A stretch of DNA of 64,000 bases from an uncultured Candidatus Saccharibacteria bacterium (GTDB lineage: Bacteria; Patescibacteriota; 4484-211; JAGQKX01): assembly GCA_964392315.1 (NCBI GenBank), contig CAYMOT010000001.1, positions 202,403 through 266,402 of the forward strand, read 5' to 3'. The number at the start of each line of letters is the position of its first letter. Position 1 is the first letter of the stretch. The notes under the pieces were generated by a model. That model had not been told where the DNA came from. It saw nothing but the letters and a program-made list of their open reading frames with translations, and did no database searches. The translations under genes and the position numbers were made by a program. Below are positions 10,219 to 20,337 of the stretch, piece by piece.

Positions 10219-12465
10219 ATGGATAAACGGCCTAACTTTCACGAATACGAAAAAGAACTCTATACCGCATGGGAAGCAGCTGGCGCATTCACACCAGAAA
10301 GAGATCCCAATAAAAAGCCGTATACGATCGTTCTACCACCACCTAACGCCAGCGGAAAAATGCATACCGGCAATGTACTCATGATTGCCATAGAAGATCT
10401 TTTGATTCGCTGGAAACGCATGCAAGGGTATGCTGCATTATGGCTTCCCGGCACTGACCACGCAGGATTTGAGACACAAATAACCTTTGAACGCAAGCTC
10501 AAAGAAGAAGGCAAATCACGCTTCGATTTTGACCGCCAAACGCTCTATCAAAAAATCTGGGATTTCGTGCAGGAAAATAAAGGTCTTATCGAACAACAAA
10601 TACGGGATATGGGAGCAAGTGTTGACTGGACACGCTATACCTTCACTCTTAATCCTCAGGTAATTGCTACGGTGACCAACACATTTAAAAAAATGCACGA
10701 CGAAGGGCTTGTGTACCGCGACAACTACATGGTCAACTACTGCCCCGTGTGTGGAACGACATTCGCGGATTTAGAAGTGGTACACAAAGAACGTATCGAT
10801 CCGTTGTATTACATGAAATACGGACCATTCACCCTTGCAACCGTACGCCCTGAAACAAAGTTTGGCGATACTGCGGTAGCAGTGCACCCGAATGATGAAA
10901 GGTATTTAGAGTGGATTGGCAAAGAAATTAAAGTGGACGGATTAAATGGCCCCTTTACTCTCAAGGTGATCGCTGACGAATACGTTGATCCCCAGTTTGG
11001 AACTGGCGTAGTAAAGATCACACCTGCCCATGATCCCAATGATTACGAGATAGGCAAGCGCCACAATCTAGAAATTCGTTCGGTTATTGATCTAGATGGC
11101 AAGCTCAATGCCCATGCCGGCAAATATGCTGGGCTGACAGTCAAGGAGGCGCGAAAGCGCGTTGTCGCTGACTTAATAGAAAAAGGCTTGATGGAGAAAA
11201 TCGATGAGAATTATACCCACAATGTAGCACTTTGTTACAAAGGAGGCCACGATATCGAACCCATGGTCCTGCCGAACTGGTTTATAAAAGTAGATAGCAT
11301 AAAACAACCGGCCAAAAAGGTCGTTGAGGACGACGAGGTAACTATTTACCCAGATTGGCAAAAAGTTACCTATACAAAGTGGATGGAAGAAATGCACGAC
11401 TGGCCAATCTCTCGACAGGTGGTATGGGGGATTAGAATTCCTGCATGGTACGATGTAAACAAAAACCCAGACCTACAGATTAGCTTTCTTGATCCTAACA
11501 AAGAGGTAGTGTCCGGTAGTATTAGTGAAATTCTGCAAACATACTCGTTTGAAGAGGTCGAAGATGGACTTCAAAATCTGATTGCACCACAACACGCTAC
11601 CTTTACGATCGCTACCGAAAAGCCTGACGGTCAATTTTTACAAGAAACCGATACGTTTGATACGTGGTTTTCCTCTGGTCATTGGCCTCTTGTCACGTTA
11701 GGATATCCGGATTCAGAAGACTTTAACTATTTTTACCCGACGAACGTATTGGAAACAGGGTGGGAGATTATCCGTCTGTGGGTTTCTCGGATGATTATGA
11801 TCGGGATCTATCTTACAGGAAAAGCACCATTTAGTGCTGTATATCTTCATGGACTCGTGCGAGCAATAGACGGACGAAAAATGAGTAAAAGCTTGGGTAA
11901 TGTTATTAATCCCGACGACTATATTGATGAATATGGGGTAGATGCACTGAGAATGGGCCTTATCAGCGGAACGGCAAACGGAAAAGACTTTTCATTTCCT
12001 CATGACAAAATTGTTGGCTACCAACGGTTCGGCAGCAAGATTTGGAACATGACGAGATTTTTGTTATCACAAGCACATAACGAACAAGCAACTATCTCCA
12101 CTTCGCAGATTAACGACCTCCCACTGGCCGAAACCGATAAGGCTATCTTATCCTCGCTCGATACGCTCATTACTACGGTCGACGCCAATCTCGACAAGTA
12201 CCGTTTTGCCGATGCAGGGGAAGCAATCTACCAATTCTTATGGCACGAAATTGCCGACGTATACCTTGAAGCGATCAAAGAACGACCGGATAAAGATATT
12301 GCGCTGAGTGTACTAACACATGTGCTCCTCACATCTTTTAAACTATTACATCCTTTTATGCCGTTTATTACAGAGAAGCTGTATCAAACATTACGGGAGG
12401 AAGGACTCGTAGCCCAAGATGAGCCAGCCTTTATTATGCTCGCAACATGGCCGAGAACACCCTGA
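10219..12465 (+). CDS. valS: Valyl-tRNA synthetase, compact (748 aa).
   Basis: PPPNASGKMHTGN, a ValRS-type PPPN...HxGx signature in which the second His is Asn. KMSKS is present (KMSKSLGN). There is a CP1 editing region and an anticodon-binding C-terminal domain. Confidence 0.85.
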   Translation: MDKRPNFHEYEKELYTAWEAAGAFTPERDPNKKPYTIVLPPPNASGKMHTGNVLMIAIEDLLIRWKRMQGYAALWLPGTDHAGFETQITFERKLKEEGKSRFDFDRQTLYQKIWDFVQENKGLIEQQIRDMGASVDWTRYTFTLNPQVIATVTNTFKKMHDEGLVYRDNYMVNYCPVCGTTFADLEVVHKERIDPLYYMKYGPFTLATVRPETKFGDTAVAVHPNDERYLEWIGKEIKVDGLNGPFTLKVIADEYVDPQFGTGVVKITPAHDPNDYEIGKRHNLEIRSVIDLDGKLNAHAGKYAGLTVKEARKRVVADLIEKGLMEKIDENYTHNVALCYKGGHDIEPMVLPNWFIKVDSIKQPAKKVVEDDEVTIYPDWQKVTYTKWMEEMHDWPISRQVVWGIRIPAWYDVNKNPDLQISFLDPNKEVVSGSISEILQTYSFEEVEDGLQNLIAPQHATFTIATEKPDGQFLQETDTFDTWFSSGHWPLVTLGYPDSEDFNYFYPTNVLETGWEIIRLWVSRMIMIGIYLTGKAPFSAVYLHGLVRAIDGRKMSKSLGNVINPDDYIDEYGVDALRMGLISGTANGKDFSFPHDKIVGYQRFGSKIWNMTRFLLSQAHNEQATISTSQINDLPLAETDKAILSSLDTLITTVDANLDKYRFADAGEAIYQFLWHEIADVYLEAIKERPDKDIALSVLTHVLLTSFKLLHPFMPFITEKLYQTLREEGLVAQDEPAFIMLATWPRTP

Positions 12466-12519
12466 CACTAACCCTATCCCGGTACTTGCCAACAACCGCT
12501 TACATATTGATACAATAAC

Positions 12520-13356
12520 ATGATGAAACTCGACAGAACCCACGCACACCAATTTGCCGTCTCGCTCTTAATTGGGTTTGGGGTAGTAATAATCGTATAT
12601 GCCTCAATTAACCTGTACTCTTCCCTCACACGCTACCAGCTTGAGACAATGGTTATTCGCGCACAGGAAGCACAAAATGCTGGCAACCTGGAAGAGGCCA
12701 TACGCATCCGTACTACTATCTATCAAACCGACCCAGAAAATACAGAGAACACCTACGAGCTTGCAGTGTTGTACGATGAGTTTGGAGACCCTGCCAAGGC
12801 AAAGGAATACGCTTCAGAATATGTAAACAAGACAACTGAGAATACCAAGGGTAACGTGTTATTAGGGAAGATCGCATTACGAGATGGTGACATTGAAACA
12901 GCTACTACTAGATTAAAAAGCGCTTACGACAAAACCCAGCACCCGGAGGCCTCTTACTATCTCGGCCTTATCAGCATGAGCAACAATGAAGATCCAACCA
13001 ACTTTTTACAACCACTGGAGAATGGTGAGGGAAGCATTCCTCAAGCACAATCAGCGCTCGCTGGCTGGCAAAAGGCCCAAGATGAGCAAAATCCAATTTT
13101 CAAAGATGCACTTATTGCATTCCATTTATTGGATGTAGAACAGCCGTATTTGGCAATTACATTATTGGAGCAAGTTGTTCTCGAAGAGCCGGCATATCGT
13201 GACGGACATTATTTGTTGGGAGTCTCATATGCAGAAACGGGGAATTTTGCAAAAGCTCAGGAGGAGCTCAAAAAAGCATTAGAGATTGATCCAGAACATG
13301 AAGCCTCAAAGAATGCACTCACGGTAATTACGGACAAGGTAGGGGACCAAGACTAG
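12520..13356 (+). CDS. Membrane-anchored TPR-repeat protein.
   Basis: N-terminal transmembrane helix (VSLLIGFGVVIIVYASI) followed by repeated TPR-like A-x-x-Y/A patterns (NLEEAIRIRTTIY, GNFAKAQEELKKALEIDPE). Confidence 0.6.
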   Translation: MMKLDRTHAHQFAVSLLIGFGVVIIVYASINLYSSLTRYQLETMVIRAQEAQNAGNLEEAIRIRTTIYQTDPENTENTYELAVLYDEFGDPAKAKEYASEYVNKTTENTKGNVLLGKIALRDGDIETATTRLKSAYDKTQHPEASYYLGLISMSNNEDPTNFLQPLENGEGSIPQAQSALAGWQKAQDEQNPIFKDALIAFHLLDVEQPYLAITLLEQVVLEEPAYRDGHYLLGVSYAETGNFAKAQEELKKALEIDPEHEASKNALTVITDKVGDQD

Positions 13357-13367
13357 CGTTCACTCAG

Positions 13368-14039
13368 TTATTCTTCAATGGTATCCTCTTGTGCGTCTTC
13401 ACCTGGTTGTTCAGCTGCACCATCTTCTCCTTCAGACTCAGCATCTTCTTCAGCAACAGGTTCCTCTTCTTCTTGCTGGCGGACCTCGTCAAGCTTACAT
13501 ACTAATTCCTCGGAATCGTTCTCTATCGTTACATGCTCACTAATGGTAAGGTCACCTATTGTAATCTGGTCTCCAATATTTTCAAGATGAGATACATCAA
13601 CAACAAACTCACTCGGGAGGTTATCAGGAAGTGCCGTCACCTCAATGCTATCAAGAAGCGTAAGTAAAACTGCCTCACCGCTTTTTACTAAAGCTGGCTC
13701 ACCCTCAAATACCAACTCAACTTCGGCGGTGACCTCTTTAGTAAGATCTACTTGCCGGAAATCAACATGCATCACACTATATGTAACCGGGTCTACCTGT
13801 ACCGCACCCAAAAGTACCGGACGAGTCTTTTCTTCGCCTTCGATACGAAGGTCAACAATTTCACTTTCACCAGTATCTCTTAGAAAAGATCGCAAATTAT
13901 GATATGGCACTTGCACCGCGATAGACTCAACACCAGCACCATACACATTCGCTGGGATTAAACCATCTTTTCGAAGAGACTTAACGGCTCTTCCGGTAAT
14001 TGTACGTTGTTGCACCAAAAGGTGTGAGTGCTCTTGCAT
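13368..14039 (-). CDS. rplY: Ribosomal protein L25/general stress protein Ctc with an acidic C-terminal tail. The track start at 14102 is likely over-extended; ATG at 14039.
   Basis: ITGRAVKSLRKDGLIPANVYG is the L25 N-terminal signature. The central beta-barrel and the Glu/Asp-rich tail are typical of Ctc-type L25. Confidence 0.8.
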   Translation of the reverse strand: MQEHSHLLVQQRTITGRAVKSLRKDGLIPANVYGAGVESIAVQVPYHNLRSFLRDTGESEIVDLRIEGEEKTRPVLLGAVQVDPVTYSVMHVDFRQVDLTKEVTAEVELVFEGEPALVKSGEAVLLTLLDSIEVTALPDNLPSEFVVDVSHLENIGDQITIGDLTISEHVTIENDSEELVCKLDEVRQQEEEEPVAEEDAESEGEDGAAEQPGEDAQEDTIEE

Positions 14040-14089
14040 AAACGAAGCGTTTGGTAATTTTGTGCGATACGCTATAATGAAATGCACGT

Positions 14090-14842
14090 ATGGCACAAAC
14101 ACAAATTGACATTTCTGATTATGACCAGTCGGGTTACGATTATAGAGAGTATTGGCAGAATCGTCAATATGACAACCTAATCGAAAACCAAACCTTACAA
14201 AAACTACTGCCTGCGTTTAGCGAACGAATAATCGATATTGGGGGAGGTTTCGGCCGTCTTATAGACTTGTACAAAGACCGCGGGAAGCATATTACCATTC
14301 TTGACTATTCCAAAAGAAATCTCCAAAACGCACAAGCAAAAATTGAGACAATGCATTTGCATCACATTACTACGCAACAAGGAAATGTCTATGAACTGCC
14401 TTTTGCGGATAACCTGTTTGATGTTGCACTCGTAATTCGCGTAATCCATCACCTCGAGCGGCCCAGCCTCGCACTGCATGAAATAAACCGCATCCTCAGA
14501 CCAGGAGGAACATTAATATTACAGTTTAGTAACAAAATTCACCTAAAAAATAGACTCAAAGCACTCTTCTCACGGAAAAACTATTTGGTCGACAAAAAGC
14601 CGCTTAACCTCAGCGAAGACGGCATCTTCTACCAATTTCACCCAACCTACGTACAAGAAAAACTTAAGGAGAATGGTTTTGTCACGCGTACGCACCTATC
14701 CATTGCGCACCTGCGGATGCCTTTTCTTTATCGAATGATCCCTGCGCCTATCTTAGCGTATGCTGAACAGCTAATTGTACGTACCATCGGAAAAGCAAAC
14801 CTCGGCCCATCGGTTTTTATTGTTGCCGAGAAACGGAGATAG
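14090..14842 (+). CDS. Class I SAM-dependent methyltransferase.
   Basis: Motif I (IIDIGGGFGRL), motif post-I (ILDYS), and motif II/III (ALVIRVIHHL, LRPGGTLIL). Confidence 0.75.
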   Translation: MAQTQIDISDYDQSGYDYREYWQNRQYDNLIENQTLQKLLPAFSERIIDIGGGFGRLIDLYKDRGKHITILDYSKRNLQNAQAKIETMHLHHITTQQGNVYELPFADNLFDVALVIRVIHHLERPSLALHEINRILRPGGTLILQFSNKIHLKNRLKALFSRKNYLVDKKPLNLSEDGIFYQFHPTYVQEKLKENGFVTRTHLSIAHLRMPFLYRMIPAPILAYAEQLIVRTIGKANLGPSVFIVAEKRR

Positions 14843-17800
14843 AGAGGCTATTTCTATTACGTAAGGAAGTTACCCAGGAGACAACTTTTTGATCGTTTAT
14901 TTCAACACCAGGCGAAGCCTTCATAAAATCTAAATAGAACGGTAACTGCAAATCAAAACTAAATGGCTCATCAATAAGCCCGGGTTGACCATATACCGAC
15001 AATGAATACGTTGCATCATCGCCGAAAAACGCTGTCGTAGGCAGTTGATAAGTAAGCGAAACCGTGCGCTCAGACGAGAGCGGCACTTCTAGAAGGCCAA
15101 CTACTACCTGCCTGCCAAACTCGCTATATACTTGATACGTATCGGTAAATCCCGTTGCACTATTGACCGTCACCCCATCTGGAAGATACACCCGAAGATA
15201 ATCCTTATACAAGCCGTTAGGCCAAGTTTCAGATACACCTGTATGGGTAAATGTTATATCAAGCTTTGCACGCATTGCTTCATCACGGTCAACAAACACA
15301 GAGTACCTAGTTGCACGTTTCACCCAATGATTAGCTTTATTAATACCAACATTACTTGATACTACGGCGAGACTATCTCCGGGAACCTCGTCAAATACAC
15401 CAGCAAAAGATGCAGAGGCAATATCCGCCTGCCAATCCGGGCGTGTCGCATACATCAGGATTTGGCCAGTACCCAACTCATCAAACAGTGCTCGTGCAAG
15501 AGGAAAAAGCTTATCTTGTGCTACAGGAAAAAGGCGCAACCATAACTGTTGCGCTACTTCACCAATAAAATCCTTTTTCCCGGTTGAGCCAGGCTCAAAA
15601 CCCACCTCGCTTGCAGTTTGTGCCTTTTCAAACAATGTATCTGCAGTAACAAGTTCTTTGGTGACTGGCAGCTCTAGAGGACCAATAACCCGTAACACAT
15701 CTTCTATAGTTGTTAGATTTATTCCTACAATCCAGTCTGGAGTCACACCAGTAGCCTGTGGAAAGAGCTGAGCAAATCTTGATGCGCTGGTAGGAAAATC
15801 ATACCACCAGTTTGTATCACGCAAGGTAAGCTGGCCGCTGTTCAAATAGGTACGCACTCCATCCGGAGCAATATTAGTGGCAGGGTCTACTTTCAACTCA
15901 AGTTGGCCGTCAGGGTTATAGATATCGTCGACTTGTAAGCTACTAATGATCCCGTTCTCCATCGTCAGCAGTGCATAACTGCCAATAAATCCTCCAGTTG
16001 GACGTAGTTCACTGTTGTTTTGAAGCCATATCAACGCGGTACGGGATCCTTCGTATCCGAACCATCCAGGAAGGTATTGCCATGCATCCGCCTCAATATT
16101 TGTAACCTCCGAAAGCTGCCGAATGCGATCAGCATAGGACAGAAGAATTGATTGAGCAACCGGGAAATCTGCTAAAGCAGGTACGTTGGTTAATTCTTCT
16201 GCAATGGCTACATGTTGGCGAAATAGTCTCCACTCAGACTGGCTCTGGGCGATTCGTTCATCAGTCCGATTATCAGAAAATCGCGTTTCATCCTTGCCCG
16301 AAAGCGTAGGCCCCCACCACGGCTGGGTTGTCTCAATAAACGCAATACCATACTCAGATGCTTTTGCGACCTCTTGCCCAAGAACAGCCCAAGATTTTCC
16401 TGCGGCATGCATTTCTTGCTTCCCTAATAAGCCCCAAAACCAGCCTGTTCTCTTCCAGTAAGTACCTGCGTTCTCAAATGAGGTGCTTAACGCACGCATA
16501 TTGTCCTCAGCTTCATTATAGTTACCGGCAGCCAAGGCTGCTTTTGCTGATCGTACTTGCACAGTCCCAGAGAGGGCATAGAATGCTAACCCAACAAGCG
16601 GAACAAGAACATACCACACAAAGAGTACGGTACAGATCGCGATTAGTGCCTGCCGCACCCAATGAGGAGTGCGCTGTATTGCAGGAACAGACCGTGTAGA
16701 CAACGTACTTGCTTTTTGTTTAAGCGAAAGCCACCCACTAGCAGGCTGGACTTGCAACCTAGGTGGCGGACTTTCGAGCGCAGGCACCGTAGCCACCTCC
16801 TGAATGTCTTCTATAATATCGTGGAGGACGTCAGCTTCTACCTGCTCTTGCTCTGTACTCTCAGCCTTGGGAGGAGAAAGAGGTGACTCAAGCGGTGGTG
16901 TATCGATGTGCGTGTCTTTTTTTTTTGAGACATTCTCCTCTACCTCACCAGGCAGGACATGAAGAGTTGTAGCCGCAACGGGTTTTTTATCACTGAGCTT
17001 ATCAAGCGGTTGATGCTTCTTCCCTGACAAGAAATATACCATCGCTTTTTTTATACCTTCTTGCAAGGACACTTTTGCTTCCCAGTACAGCTCATTTCTA
17101 CTACGCGTTATGTCAATCACTGGTGTATGAAAAAGCGGATCCTTCACACGCGGTAAAAACTCTACCGATATGTCGTGTGGTGCATATTCTTTAATGGTTA
17201 AAACAATACTAAGAAGCGATACTGGCTCCTTATTCACGAGATAAAAAATCCCACCTTTAAGGGAGGTATCGTCTTGGACTATGAGCTTTTGAAGCCCATA
17301 CACCACATCTGAGTAAAATGTAGCGAAAATAGTTCTCGAGCCCACGTCATCAAGAATAAGGTTTTTGTTTTCAAGCGCCGCAGCTAATACCTTCGCAATA
17401 ATCGAATCCGCCTCCAAATTCATACGGGGACCATACACATCGGACAGACGCGCAACACGTATATCCATACCGTACAATGAGACGTACTCCTGACACAGCG
17501 CTTCTGCGTAACGCTTTGCTTCTGTAAGGGTCAAGACACCTCGTTGCTCGACGTTTTCATAGTAATGAGACAAATCAGCGTGCGAGGCAAGTCCTTGGTA
17601 TAAGTCAATGGTTGAAGTCAGAACAAAGCGAGATTTTGTTTTGAGGGCTAAATCGAGCAAGTTTTTCACACCAAAGGAGTTGGTCAAAAGCTCGTTGAGT
17701 TCAAGGCGTCGAGTTGCAGAAAACGCTTCTACATTTGCCACATGAACAATGGCGAGCCACTCTTCTTTTGATAAAGCGTCAGGGATTCTTTGGTTTATAT

Positions 17801-17975
17801 TTACCTCGATAAAATCAAACTGGGGGTCATCTAACAGACGCTCAACATTCTCACGTTTTCCGGTTGTCCAATTATCAATGCCAACCACTTTTAATCCTGA
17901 CGTGATAAGCGCTTCAGAAAGGTGTGATCCTAAAAATCCAGCGGCACCCGCTATGAGTACTTTTTTTTGTTTCAT
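14817..17975 (-). CDS. Fusion protein: N-terminal NAD-dependent sugar-nucleotide epimerase/dehydratase (SDR), a Pro/Ser/Glu-rich linker, one transmembrane helix, and a C-terminal extracytoplasmic DUF4012-like domain.
   Basis: N-terminus VLIAGAAGFLGSHL (Rossmann GxxGxxG) and a YxxxK-type SDR core. One transmembrane helix (ALIAICTVLFVWYVLVPLVGLAF). The C-terminal region contains LIWLQNNSELRPTGGFIGSYALL, which matches my recollection of the DUF4012 signature (...QNNAELRxTGG...G). Confidence 0.7.
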   Translation of the reverse strand: MKQKKVLIAGAAGFLGSHLSEALITSGLKVVGIDNWTTGKRENVERLLDDPQFDFIEVNINQRIPDALSKEEWLAIVHVANVEAFSATRRLELNELLTNSFGVKNLLDLALKTKSRFVLTSTIDLYQGLASHADLSHYYENVEQRGVLTLTEAKRYAEALCQEYVSLYGMDIRVARLSDVYGPRMNLEADSIIAKVLAAALENKNLILDDVGSRTIFATFYSDVVYGLQKLIVQDDTSLKGGIFYLVNKEPVSLLSIVLTIKEYAPHDISVEFLPRVKDPLFHTPVIDITRSRNELYWEAKVSLQEGIKKAMVYFLSGKKHQPLDKLSDKKPVAATTLHVLPGEVEENVSKKKDTHIDTPPLESPLSPPKAESTEQEQVEADVLHDIIEDIQEVATVPALESPPPRLQVQPASGWLSLKQKASTLSTRSVPAIQRTPHWVRQALIAICTVLFVWYVLVPLVGLAFYALSGTVQVRSAKAALAAGNYNEAEDNMRALSTSFENAGTYWKRTGWFWGLLGKQEMHAAGKSWAVLGQEVAKASEYGIAFIETTQPWWGPTLSGKDETRFSDNRTDERIAQSQSEWRLFRQHVAIAEELTNVPALADFPVAQSILLSYADRIRQLSEVTNIEADAWQYLPGWFGYEGSRTALIWLQNNSELRPTGGFIGSYALLTMENGIISSLQVDDIYNPDGQLELKVDPATNIAPDGVRTYLNSGQLTLRDTNWWYDFPTSASRFAQLFPQATGVTPDWIVGINLTTIEDVLRVIGPLELPVTKELVTADTLFEKAQTASEVGFEPGSTGKKDFIGEVAQQLWLRLFPVAQDKLFPLARALFDELGTGQILMYATRPDWQADIASASFAGVFDEVPGDSLAVVSSNVGINKANHWVKRATRYSVFVDRDEAMRAKLDITFTHTGVSETWPNGLYKDYLRVYLPDGVTVNSATGFTDTYQVYSEFGRQVVVGLLEVPLSSERTVSLTYQLPTTAFFGDDATYSLSVYGQPGLIDEPFSFDLQLPFYLDFMKASPGVEINDQKVVSWVTSLRNRNSLSISVSRQQ

Positions 17976-18009
17976 GGGCAGTTGCGGAGAGTATGATAGC
18001 TGAGGCTAC

Positions 18010-18633
18010 CTAATCTTCCGTCATGTATTGCTTAATTGCAACGGCTACTATCGCAACAAAGAATCCGACAAAAAGTCCAACCAGTGTATAGAGGAGAATA
18101 GGTGGTTTTTGCAAGATTACGAGCGGTTCGGTATTCACTCGTTTTACGGTTACATTACCGAAATCATGTTCCGCACTGAGCACTTGTTCTTCAACTGCCG
18201 AGAACAACCCCTGCACCACCTCAATGGCGTACACACTATCTGTCGCACGAACCGAAAGATCAACGAGTTGCGGTGCTATCTTTTCTACAGAGGTCTGCTT
18301 GTTAAGTTCTCGAATCTGTGAAATTGCGGAGTCTCTCTCGGTAAGTTCTAGTGCTCTATATGCCACTGTGCTGCTCTCAAAAAGACCCACCACCGTATCG
18401 GTAAATGCTTCTGCCGCCTGTTGGGCATAATATCCATCATAGGTGAAATCACCACTTGTAGGTTGCTCGGGGATTTTTTGCACGTAAATCGTGAGCAGTG
18501 CCTCAAATTTATCTGGTATGCGTTGGCTTACCCCTAACGCTACAGCTCCCCCCAAGACGGTCAAGCCCACCAGGACAACGATATTCTTTTGTAAAACGCG
18601 TAGATACTCTCGAAGTTCCATATTCTTAAACAC
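18010..18633 (-). CDS. Wzz/CpsC-like polysaccharide chain-length determinant (small form).
   Basis: Bitopic topology: N-terminal transmembrane helix (VVLVGLTVLGGAVALGV), an extracytoplasmic helical region, and a C-terminal transmembrane helix (LLYTLVGLFVGFFVAIVAVAI). This matches the YwqC/Wzz family. Confidence 0.5.
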   Translation of the reverse strand: MFKNMELREYLRVLQKNIVVLVGLTVLGGAVALGVSQRIPDKFEALLTIYVQKIPEQPTSGDFTYDGYYAQQAAEAFTDTVVGLFESSTVAYRALELTERDSAISQIRELNKQTSVEKIAPQLVDLSVRATDSVYAIEVVQGLFSAVEEQVLSAEHDFGNVTVKRVNTEPLVILQKPPILLYTLVGLFVGFFVAIVAVAIKQYMTED

Positions 18634-19042
18634 GCATGTGCATATCTAAAGCTTCATTCACTAAACGATCCGCAAGCGCATTTTTTGCACGCGGTATATG
18701 CTTGAATTCTAGCATAGGAGCTTGTACCCTTAAAGCAGATATTGCTTCATATTCTTTTTGGAGAGTGCTGTTCTTAACTCTATAGGCGCCTGCCAACTGT
18801 TTAACCACAAGCTCTGAATCCAAATAACATGTTATCTTCGTAGGACTATATGACAACGCACTAGTAAGTGCAGCCTTCAACGCCATGTATTCCGCCTCGT
18901 TATTTGTTTTACGTTCACCTATGAACGCAGCGTGAGTTTCCAAGGGGGTAGCAAGGTTATCTGCAGAATAAATTACAAAGCCTATTGCAGCCGGACCCGG
19001 ATTGCCACGCGCGCCTCCATCACTATAGGTAAGTATATGCAT
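18626..19042 (-). CDS. rnhA: Ribonuclease HI. Likely start is ATG at 19042; the track extends to 19081.
   Basis: MHILTYSDGGARGNPGPAAIGFVIY is the RNase H N-terminal DxG catalytic region. ...NNEAEYMALKAAL and the C-terminal RAKNALAD are also consistent. Confidence 0.8.
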   Translation of the reverse strand: MHILTYSDGGARGNPGPAAIGFVIYSADNLATPLETHAAFIGERKTNNEAEYMALKAALTSALSYSPTKITCYLDSELVVKQLAGAYRVKNSTLQKEYEAISALRVQAPMLEFKHIPRAKNALADRLVNEALDMHMRV

Positions 19043-19077
19043 AATAAATATTCCTACTACGAGTGTACACGGTAAAA

Positions 19078-20337
19078 TCAATCAGTGCTGGAGGGTAGTA
19101 CGGAAGCTCGTGATGTGTCATGTGCCGCTATTGCACATATGGTGAACCCTACAACAAGCCACACCATACCATTTCCTATAGAAAGGCTCCACCAGTAATG
19201 ATCAAATAGGCTCGTAACACTTATGACAATCCAGATGCCAATAATAAATACCTTCGACATGGAACGAGGCGTGTTCCAGATATCCCTCATCAAGAGCAGC
19301 CATCCACCGAGAAACCATATCCCCGCAACAATGCCTATTTCACTCATGACAAGAAGGGGGACATTGTGCACCGGCTGTAGAAGCAGTCTCTGTTCTGCGG
19401 TTCGGTAGGCCTTGAGCGCAACACTAAAATTACCATTACCGACACCGGTAAGCGGGTGCGTGTTTATGATTTGGATGCTCCTTTGTAGCAACTCTCTGCG
19501 CTCCGTAACAGAAGGGTCATTCGTTGAGAGCGTGAGTATATACGGAATAATTATGAGCAAGCTGAGTACAATACCCCCCAGGAATATTCGTGAGAAAGGA
19601 ATCGTCTTTCGTAATAATACAGCACACCAAAGCCCTGCAATAAAAACACCCAGCCATACAGACCGGGAAAAACTTATGATGACCAAAAGCCAAGATATTC
19701 CAAAACCAAGAAGTACACTACCGTTCTTACCCTTAAGGTATCGCCATGCAAACAGTAGTAGCCACACTGCCGCTACGCCCCCAAGTACATTTGGATGGGG
19801 GAACACAGCATACGGGCGCAAAAAAGTTTTTCCCAAAAAGGTGGCACGTGCAATTGCGGGAGTCACTACTGAGTAATCCCAATTCCCAAGGATCCAAACC
19901 CCTAGAGAGTGTCCAAACAAAACCTCAAATACCGCCAGTACTCCAACCGTGAAGCATCCCACAACCCATGCATACCACCACGTTGTGGTTATTTTGTGCG
20001 TTGTACTATACCAACCTACACACAGGGCAAAGAATGCATATACCGCGAGATTCACCGATCGAACTGTTGCAAGCAAGGGATCGAGTGCCATGACGACAGA
20101 GAGAAAAGAAAATGCAATAAGCCCCAGAATCCACCATAACTTCCACCCTAAACTCTTAACCCAAACGGCAAATTCTTGTCGGTGGTGGAGCAAAACTGCC
20201 ACACAAAACGCAACGACAACGATATCTCGTATATACAAAAAAAACATTTCATAATCGTTGGCATAGAACCGGCGACCCAACGGGATACGTGTTTGTAGAA
20301 AAAACACAAACGGAAGGAGAAAGAATAATTTTCTCAC
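19078..20337 (-). CDS. O-antigen ligase/polymerase (Wzy_C)-like polytopic membrane protein.
   Basis: About twelve transmembrane helices with a larger extracytoplasmic loop near the C-terminal third. Same operon as the Wzz-like and epimerase-DUF4012 genes. Confidence 0.55.
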   Translation of the reverse strand: MRKLFFLLPFVFFLQTRIPLGRRFYANDYEMFFLYIRDIVVVAFCVAVLLHHRQEFAVWVKSLGWKLWWILGLIAFSFLSVVMALDPLLATVRSVNLAVYAFFALCVGWYSTTHKITTTWWYAWVVGCFTVGVLAVFEVLFGHSLGVWILGNWDYSVVTPAIARATFLGKTFLRPYAVFPHPNVLGGVAAVWLLLFAWRYLKGKNGSVLLGFGISWLLVIISFSRSVWLGVFIAGLWCAVLLRKTIPFSRIFLGGIVLSLLIIIPYILTLSTNDPSVTERRELLQRSIQIINTHPLTGVGNGNFSVALKAYRTAEQRLLLQPVHNVPLLVMSEIGIVAGIWFLGGWLLLMRDIWNTPRSMSKVFIIGIWIVISVTSLFDHYWWSLSIGNGMVWLVVGFTICAIAAHDTSRASVLPSSTD

